Shown here: positions 56,719 to 64,000 of the stretch, piece by piece
Layout of the letters: each line of letters opens with the position of its first letter
Position numbering within the stretch: position 1 is the first letter of the stretch
From: Octopus vulgaris
Lineage: Eukaryota
DNA: 64,000 bases
NCBI GenBank assembly: GCA_951406725.2
Contig: OX597827.1
Location: forward strand, 80,786,001-80,850,000
Direction: 5' to 3'
Made by a program: the position numbers and the translations under genes
The notes under the pieces: generated by a model
Told to the model about the DNA's origin: nothing
Seen by the model: the letters and a program-made list of their open reading frames with translations, nothing else
Database searches by the model: none

Positions 56719-56758
56719 TTCTTTAATGTTTCGAGCCTACACTCTTCCACAGAAAGAA
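56719..56758 (-). ncRNA. Hammerhead ribozyme-like motif (variant core)
   Basis: UUCUUU CUGUGGA A GAGU-GUAG-GCUC GAAA CA UU AAAGAA: 6-bp stem I, 4-bp stem II, core CUGUGGA. Confidence 0.5.
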
Positions 56759-57129
56759 ACACAGAAAGAAACAAGGAGGGAAAATAAATAAATACATATA
56801 TACGTACATACATACATGCATGTATGTATGTGTGTGTATATATATATATACACATAAATATGTACAGGCATGCATGCATGCATGTATGTACGTGCATACT
56901 AACTCAATTTTTGTTTAAATCAGTGCATTTTAATTTATTACTATTTATCCTCCTCCTCCTCCTTTTTTTCTTCTTTTTGAGTGAGAGAGCAGCGGATGCC
57001 ATCAAAGTTACACTGGGGTACAAATATACAAAGATCAATCTACCTACCATGACATCCCACCTGATAAGGGTTCACCAGGTACATGCATCACAACCATATG
57101 TGGCGACATGGCGATTTCATATCAAGATA

Positions 57130-57767
57130 CGTGGTGATATCAAAAGGTTCCGGACTAGTTATGTTTAATAAAAAAATTACTTATTACCTAAGTTTTTACA
57201 TCATCTTCGAAATAGTCACCTTGCACAACAATACACCGGACACAGAGTTCCTGCCACTTTTGGAATCCGCCCTGGAAATCGTTTTCCATAAGTGAGTCGA
57301 GAATCTTCTGTGATTTGCTCTGAATCTCGACCTTTGAGTTGCCTTTTCATCTTGGGAAAAAGATAGAAGTCTGCAAGTGTTAAATATGGCGAATAGGGTG
57401 AATGCGGAAGCGATACCATGTTGGATTTGGCAAGAAACTCACAAGTGGTGACAGGGTGTGTTGTCGTCTTGAAGAATCCAATTCTTTGTACTCCACAGAT
57501 GTGGTTACTTTCACCGAATTTCCTCCTTCAAACGCTTTAAAATGTTGCAGTAGAACTCGCGATTAATGGTCTGGCTCTAGGGAATGAATTCTCGATGCAC
57601 AATATCATAAAAACACAAATTTCACAACTTGCAAAGTAAACATAGCGATGTCACTCAACACACTGCCTCATAAAGGTCACTGCTAGCTCTGACTGCACGC
57701 ACAACCACGTGCTGCCATCTGTTGGTGTGCTACAGAACTAGCCTGGGAACTTTTTGATACCACTTCG
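57130..57767 (-). mobile_element. Internally deleted mariner (Tc1/mariner) DNA transposon
   Basis: TA flanks at 57128-29 and 57768-69; ~31-bp imperfect TIRs (CGTGGTGATATCAAAAGGTTCC / CGAAGTGGTATCAAAAAGTTCC); transposase remnant LPHSPYSPYLTLADFYLFPKMKRQLKG (YSPDL motif). Confidence 0.9.
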
Positions 57768-58175
57768 TAGATAGTGCATGACCTTGCAGGTGGGGTCCAG
57801 TTAGAATCTTCTTCAAGTTGAGTTGCCTATCCCGCTCAAAAGGTCCCCGAATAAGGGCTGTTTAAGGATGTTGAGTGAAACACCAATGTTTCCAAAAGTG
57901 AATTATTCAAAACCCCAAAGAATTCCTCTCAACACATGGCTATGATGCTCTCCCACTACTTCTGCTCGTGATCAGAGATGCACATATCATCAGCCACCAT
58001 GGGACATGCTCAACTGGTTACGGTCAAACAACTGACAAGCAAATCTGTGGTATTGAGCAGAATGTTTGTTGTAGTCCATCTTTTTATACCAAGACAAAAC
58101 AATGTACATGATAATACTTCCAATCAGTTAAGATCAGGAGCCATGAGAGCCACTGCCCTGCTACTGCATCAGGGC

Positions 58176-58177
<2 letters not shown>

Positions 58178-58209
<32 letters not shown>

Positions 58210-58226
58210 AATTATTATTATTATCA

Positions 58227-58257
<31 letters not shown>

Positions 58258-58279
58258 TATTATCATTATCATTATTATT

Positions 58280-58323
<44 letters not shown>

Positions 58324-58328
58324 TATTA

Positions 58329-58386
<58 letters not shown>

Positions 58387-58422
58387 CATTATCATCATCA
58401 TCATTATCATTATCATTATCAA

Positions 58423-58497
<75 letters not shown>
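58178..58497. repeat. (ATT)n/(ATC)n compound triplet repeat
   Basis: Directly visible. Confidence 0.95.
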
Positions 58498-58501
58498 GTA
58501 A

Positions 58502-58697
58502 GGTGGCAAGCTGGCAGAATGGTTAGCGTGCCAAAAAAATTGCTTAGCAATATTTCTTCCAATTTTACATTCTGAGTTTAAATGCTACTGGGGTCGACTT
58601 TGCCTTTCACATTTTCAAGATCAGTCAAACACCAGGGTGATGGAATCATCTCCTACCATCCCCCAAAATTGCTGGTGTTTACACCAAAATTTGAAAT
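58502..58697 (+). mobile_element. SINE family B, diverged
   Basis: GGCAAGCTGGCAGAATGGTTAGC…GTCGACTTTGCCTTTCA. Confidence 0.8.
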
Positions 58698-59245
58698 CAT
58701 CATCATCATCATTGTCCAAATTGATGCAAATGTCTACTGCATCACCTGCTGCACCTTCGTGTTGCTGGGATATGTGCAACACTGTGCATTCTCTTGTGTT
58801 GCTGGGAGTGTTCAAGCCCTTTAGCTTTACTTCTCTATGAAGAATTTTGGTCTGTTCGATGACACCATCATTATGCTCACTTCTGATACCTTTAAAAATT
58901 TCACGATTTATTAAACATTTCCGGTTTTTCATTTTCAACAATTTCTTCTTAAAATGTGCAAATGTTTGTTTCTTTAAATCATAACACATCAAACGATCTC
59001 ACCCCATAATACTCACATGTATTCTTTACCCGAGTCATTTTCTGGGGTTTTTTCCTAATAATTCCACTTTTCAAGCATTGATAATGTTTCATGTTTATAT
59101 TGTTTGGCACTTGCATCATCGTCATCTGTTTCTCTCGATCTCTTGGATGGCATCCTGTAGGATTGGGATTATGAAATACAAAACATTCAGCTACCGTGTA
59201 AACAAAGTTCAACCCCTTAGCGCTGCTAACAGCACAGCCCTTGTG

Positions 59246-59511
59246 CACTGGCTCGGGAATGAAATTTGCTTAGGGGGTGCAAACCCAGTTCCAAAAATAT
59301 TTACAAACAAGGTCGTTTCTTTTTGTAATTTATTTTCGTTTTGCTCTTTGAGACGGAACCTAACTTCGAGCTACTTTTTATGCATCACTTTTTATTTACC
59401 GTTTTCTAAACATGAGAAAAATAAGTAGGGCTGCAAATTTTGGTTCTGCACTCTGCAAAAATTCTAGGGGGTGCGTTTGCACCACCTGCACCCCCTGTTC
59501 CCGGGCCCATG
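59246..59511. mobile_element. hAT-type MITE (266 bp)
   Basis: 8-bp TSD CCCTTGTG at 59238-59245 and 59512-59519; 14-bp imperfect TIRs CACTGGCTCGGGAA / CATGGGCCCGGGAA; subterminal GGGGGTGC motifs. Confidence 0.8.
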
Positions 59512-59985
59512 CCCTTGTGGTGCTTCTACAAACTAACAGCGATAGACTTAAACTGTGTCGGGCCATGGAACTTGTTGAACCAGAGAGAGGAGCAGATTAA
59601 AAAAGTTGAATCTATAGCAGTGATTAAAGATTTTGAGAATTCTGTTTAGAAAATGACATATTTTTGCAGTCTTCTTACATTTGTGTGTGTGTGTGTGCGT
59701 GCGTACATATGTACTCATCTATTTCTTAGACACAATTCCCCAATGACTCTATTTTCCTGAAATAGTTCTTTATTAAGGCAACAGTATATGATTTGAGGTC
59801 AGATTTAGTTGTTCTTGTCATCAGGTTGGCTGAAACGAGGAGGTTTTTTTTTGCTTGGATCATAACAGTGTTGCTATTTTTGATGTTGTTGTTGTCGTGT
59901 AAGAAACTATTTTATCAAACTGAACGATATTTCACAAACAATTCTTTCTCTATTCCAGGTTTCTTTGATTCATCGTTAATTCGCC

Positions 59986-62385
59986 ATGAAGATGTATAAA
60001 GGTGTGTTGCAGTGGCTTGCGCTGTCCTTTTTCTACCATGAATGTCGGGCTGTCGACCTCATTTACCATGTAGAAGAAGAAAAAAGCCCTGATAGTTATG
60101 TCGGTAATATCGCTTCAGACTCCAAGTTGTTAGAGAGTATTCCAAGCGAAGAACACAATCTGGTGAGGTTCCACCAATTACACCAGAGACAGACAGGAAA
60201 TGATAATCTTTTTACTGTTTCTAAAACTGGAGAGCTCTACACTGCCCAGAAACTTGATGCTGAGTTACTTTGTACATCAAATACGGAATGTTTCCGGATA
60301 ATCAAAATATCAGTACGTAGGGCACAGACATTTATGAAAATCTTAAAAATCAAAGTAGTTATTGAAGATGTCAATGACAATTCCCCAGAATTCTTGAGAA
60401 AAAGTGTAAAACTAGATTTTTCAGAAGGAGATGCCATGGGCTTAACAAAATCAATTCCGAATGCTATTGATAAAGATGTTGGCGATCTAAATTCAAAGAT
60501 TATTTATGAACTTCAAAGAAAAATCAATGATCCATTTAAATTGTCAGTTACGAAAAGGATGACTGGTAGTTCAAAGTTGGGGTTAATCCTTACAGAAAGA
60601 CTTGATAGGGAGAGAAAAGCTAGTTACACACTTCAAGTTATTGCCAGAGATGGTGGCAATCCAATGCGACAGGGTATTCTTCGCATCCAAGTTTCAGTTA
60701 CAGATTTGAATGACAATTCTCCCCTCTTCACCCAAAATACATTCAACATTTCAATAAAGAACACACATCATAGAAATTCACCCATTTTAATTCTTTCAGC
60801 AAAGGATTTAGATTTTGGAAATAATGGAAAGATTTCCTACCATTTTAGTCCAGAAACATCAACTGCTGCCACACAACATTTCTACCTAAACGCTGAAACT
60901 GGTGGCATCTTTGTAGTGAAGAATTTTACTTCAAGACAAACACAAACGTACAAACTCTATGTTGAAGCTAAAGATGGTGGAAGCTCCCCGCTGACATCTA
61001 TTGCCATGATTTTGGTCAATGTTGTTGACCAGCAGAACCATCCTCCAGAGATAGATATTAACTTTGTCACTGAATTGACAAAGAATACAGCTTCAATATC
61101 TGAAGGAATCAAAGTCGGCAGTTTCATAGCTTATGTCAATGTTATTGACAATGATATTGGACTGAATGGTGAGGTGGAATGTAGCCTACACCACGATAAG
61201 TTCCTTCTTTTAGATTTAGGATCAAAAGAATATAAAATTACGTTAAAGAAACCTGTGGACAGAGAGAAACAAGATAGGTATGACATAACAATTTCTTGTG
61301 AAGACAAAGGATCCCCTCCTTTACAGACTCAGAGACAGTTCTCCATTGAAGTAATGGATGTCAACGATGTACAGCCACAATTTACAAGAGAGACATTCAA
61401 ATTTCTGACTTACGAAAATGAGAAACCCAATTTCCCAGTTGGTTTTATTGATGCAACTGACCCAGACATTGGCCTGGGAGGGACACTCGTCTATTCCTTG
61501 TTTAGTAACACAGGAAACAATTTGCCATTCATTATTGCTGACTATGGTTTCATCTCTACAAATAGACCGTTAGATCGTGAAAAACAGGAAGCATTTAGAT
61601 TCAAGGTTTTTGTCAGAGACAGTGGTGTCCCTTCCTTAAATAACACAGCAAATGTGATTGTCGAAGTCCTTGATGAAAACGATAATGCCCCTTACTTTAC
61701 ATTCCCTAGTGTTAACCCTTTTAGTCTTGATGTTCACTATTATCCTCAGAGCAAGAATGACATCACAGTTCTGAAGGCTTCTGATAGAGACAGTCGCGAA
61801 AATGCCTTCTTAAAATATGAAATACTTGACGGCAATACTAAACAACTATTTAAAGTAAACCCTTACACAGGAGTGATGTCCTTTTCACGGACAGTTTATC
61901 AAAACGATGCCGGGTCTTACAAACTTCTGTTGGCTGTGAAAGACAATGGTACACCAGTTTTGTCTTCAACAACCACACTTTCTTTGACACTAACTGTTAG
62001 TAATAAAACCTCAACAAAACTGAACTCTGCTCATCTCCCGTCGGACAATACCGTCGATGCCACCATGCTGATTATCATTGTAGTCGCAGCTGTGATAGTA
62101 TCTATAGTTGTGGTGGTATCTGTTACATTGTGTATTGTGAGATGCAACAATGGCCAAAGTAACCAGGCCAGACCCGGAGTGAGCACAGCCATCCCTTGTA
62201 ACCGCGAAAAAAGCCACTATACAACACAGACGAAAAAAACCATTCCTGCACCTCGGCATTCGGTGGAGATGCGCAACAGGAATATTCTGTTGATGGAATC
62301 CAACAATGAGTTTTATCCACAGTATGAGTCGCAAAATGACTGGATAATACCTTCCACAGAAAGGAAGTCTCCTTCAACATTATTG
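59986..62385 (+). CDS. Pcdh: Protocadherin, large coding exon (signal peptide, 6 EC repeats, TM, proximal cytoplasmic region); likely spliced to downstream exon(s)
   Basis: 802-aa ORF to 62394 with a GCCATG start and hydrophobic leader. EC1 has C-X5-C (CTSNTEC). Linkers are DVNDNSP, DLNDNSP, DQQNHPP, DVNDVQP and DENDNAP, with DRE and DxD motifs. TM is MLIIIVVAAVIVSIVVVVSVTLCIV. Acceptor TTCTTTCTCTATTCCAG ends at 59958; donor TTG|GTAAGT is at 62385/62386. Confidence 0.96.
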
Positions 62386-63247
62386 GTAAGTTAAATTCTT
62401 AATGAAAATATCTTTTATTCTTTGATGCTTCCTTCCTTGGTTCAGGGATGAAGCAAAAACTGGTAAAAACGAACAAAAACACTTCGGAATTTTTTTCCTG
62501 GATTTTATGTTAACCTTCTTTATCACTAAACAGGTAGAGTTGTGTGTCTTGTTGAAGGACTGAAGGTAAATGCAACCAGGAGATTGGACAGCTGGGAAGT
62601 GAACTCGCGTATTGACCCTTAGCTTTACTGAGTAGGAAACGAAGGTGGTGGGGGAAGACAACGGTTGGGATCTGTCCGGCTGTCTGTATGTTTATCGAGA
62701 GAGAGAGGGGGAGGGGGTGGAGGGAGATAAACAGAGAGGGAGAAATGAAAATATAAGAGAACGATATCAGAGAAATGAGTAAAGAGGAGGAGAGACAGAG
62801 GGGGAGTGAAAAAGCAATATGGTGGATAGAGGAAGAGAGGTGGAGGAGGAGCAATATAAGAAAATAAAAGAGAAAAGATAAAGGGGAGAGAGAGAGGAAG
62901 AGAGAGAAAGAAAGAACCAAAGAAATAATGGAAGAGTGGAGAGGATGAGAGATGACAATAATGAAAGGGAGACATCTGAGCGATTCAATTGCAATGTTGA
63001 TATAAATTTGAGAGTAGAGGACATTGAACGGACGTTTCCTTTTGTATCAGCTGTCACTGTTAGGTCACTCAAATTACTAGAAATAGAAGTAAACTCCTCT
63101 TCAAATAAGGTTCTACTGACTTATGAAGAAAAGGCATGAAATCTTATTTGAAAAAATAAATGGAAAGAAACAGGCTGGTCATGGGTGGTCATGGGTGGAT
63201 CATGTCTTACGAAAGGTCTGTCAGATGTGAGTGCAATGTCAAAATAT

Positions 63248-63478
63248 ACCTATTTCTTTATTACCCACAAGGGGCTAAACACAGAGGGGACAAACAAGGA
63301 CAGACATAGGTATTAAGTAGATTACATCGACCCCAGTGCGTAACTGGTACTTAATTTATCGACCCCGAAAGGATGAAAGGCAAAGTCGACCTCGGCGGAA
63401 TTTGAACTCACAACGTAACCCAGACGAAATACCGCTAAGCATTTCGCCCGGCATGCTAACGTTTCTGCCAGCTCGCCG
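63248..63478 (-). mobile_element. SINE family B, full-length
   Basis: Near-identical to 37553-37788. Confidence 0.92.
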
Positions 63479-63594
63479 ATGAGGTAGACAACGGCAAGCA
63501 ACGTTTAAGTCAGACCAACAACGAGAAGGGAAACATAAAACGATTGTTTTGAAATGGGACGACACAACAGAATCTCAGTTAGAATTATATATAA

Positions 63595-63973
63595 CTAGCA
63601 GTATCGACCAGCGTTGCTCGGGTTTGTAAGGGAAATAACTATATAAGCATTTTTAGAGAGTTATAGCCAAAAAATAGCAAAAAAATGATGGTAAATTTTT
63701 TTTTAAATCGTTGACTCATCGTAGACATTTTTAGAGAGTTACTTCCCTTATATAATAGCGAAAAAATGCATTAAAATGGAAAAAAATTATGGTAAATTTT
63801 TTTTTGAATCGTAGACTCATCGTAGACGCGCGCTAATACCCAGAAGGGCTCTATATGAATCACGACTATAAGATACCCGGTTTTGGTTAAACTGCACCGC
63901 AAAATGTGGGAGTAGTTAGGAATCTAAATCGTAGGAGACAGACAGCACACAACCTCTCTTTTATATATAAAGA
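63595..63973 (-). mobile_element. Non-autonomous Helitron (379 bp)
   Basis: The minus strand starts A|TCTTTATATATAAAA and ends …ACCCGAGCAACGCTGGTCGATACTGCTAG|T: 5' TC, 3' CTAG, degenerate subterminal hairpin, A/T insertion site, no TSD. Contains an internal ~80-110-bp duplication. Confidence 0.85.
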
Positions 63974-64000
63974 TGTAATGATGGTGGTGCTAGTGTTGGC

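Noticed and set aside
58825-59230. Lys-rich minus-strand ORFs (123 aa and 89 aa)
   Set aside because: No recognisable domain; the ORFs run into flanking SINE, triplet-repeat or MITE sequence.
62011-62380. Antisense ORFs overlapping the protocadherin exon
   Set aside because: Shadow ORFs of the real coding strand.

Overview
Eukaryotic, AT-rich genomic DNA saturated with (TA)n/(CA)n/(TACA)n microsatellites and retroposons. The repeat spectrum plus the protocadherin type suggest a coleoid cephalopod, probably Octopus (inference). The only convincing protein-coding gene segment is a large protocadherin exon at 59986-62385 (+), encoding a signal peptide, 6 cadherin repeats, a TM helix and the start of the cytoplasmic tail. 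It has a splice acceptor just upstream and a phase-0 GT donor at its end. The remaining ~60 kb is intergenic or intronic. It holds decayed R4/Dong-type, RTE-type, Tx1/L1-type and Penelope-like (GIY-YIG) retroelements, at least four tRNA-derived SINE families, a deleted mariner, a hAT-type MITE and a non-autonomous Helitron. The most notable observation is a TSD-flanked, palindromic, tRNA-headed element (5702-6343) with a minimal Penelope-type hammerhead-ribozyme motif in each arm. Two more unrelated hammerhead-like motifs (22747-22784, 56719-56758) and a decayed Penelope element nearby suggest a Pol III SINE/hammerhead system mobilised by Penelope-like elements. Nearly all short ORFs in the supplied track are microsatellite artefacts. 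All family assignments come from motif recognition by eye; no searches were run.
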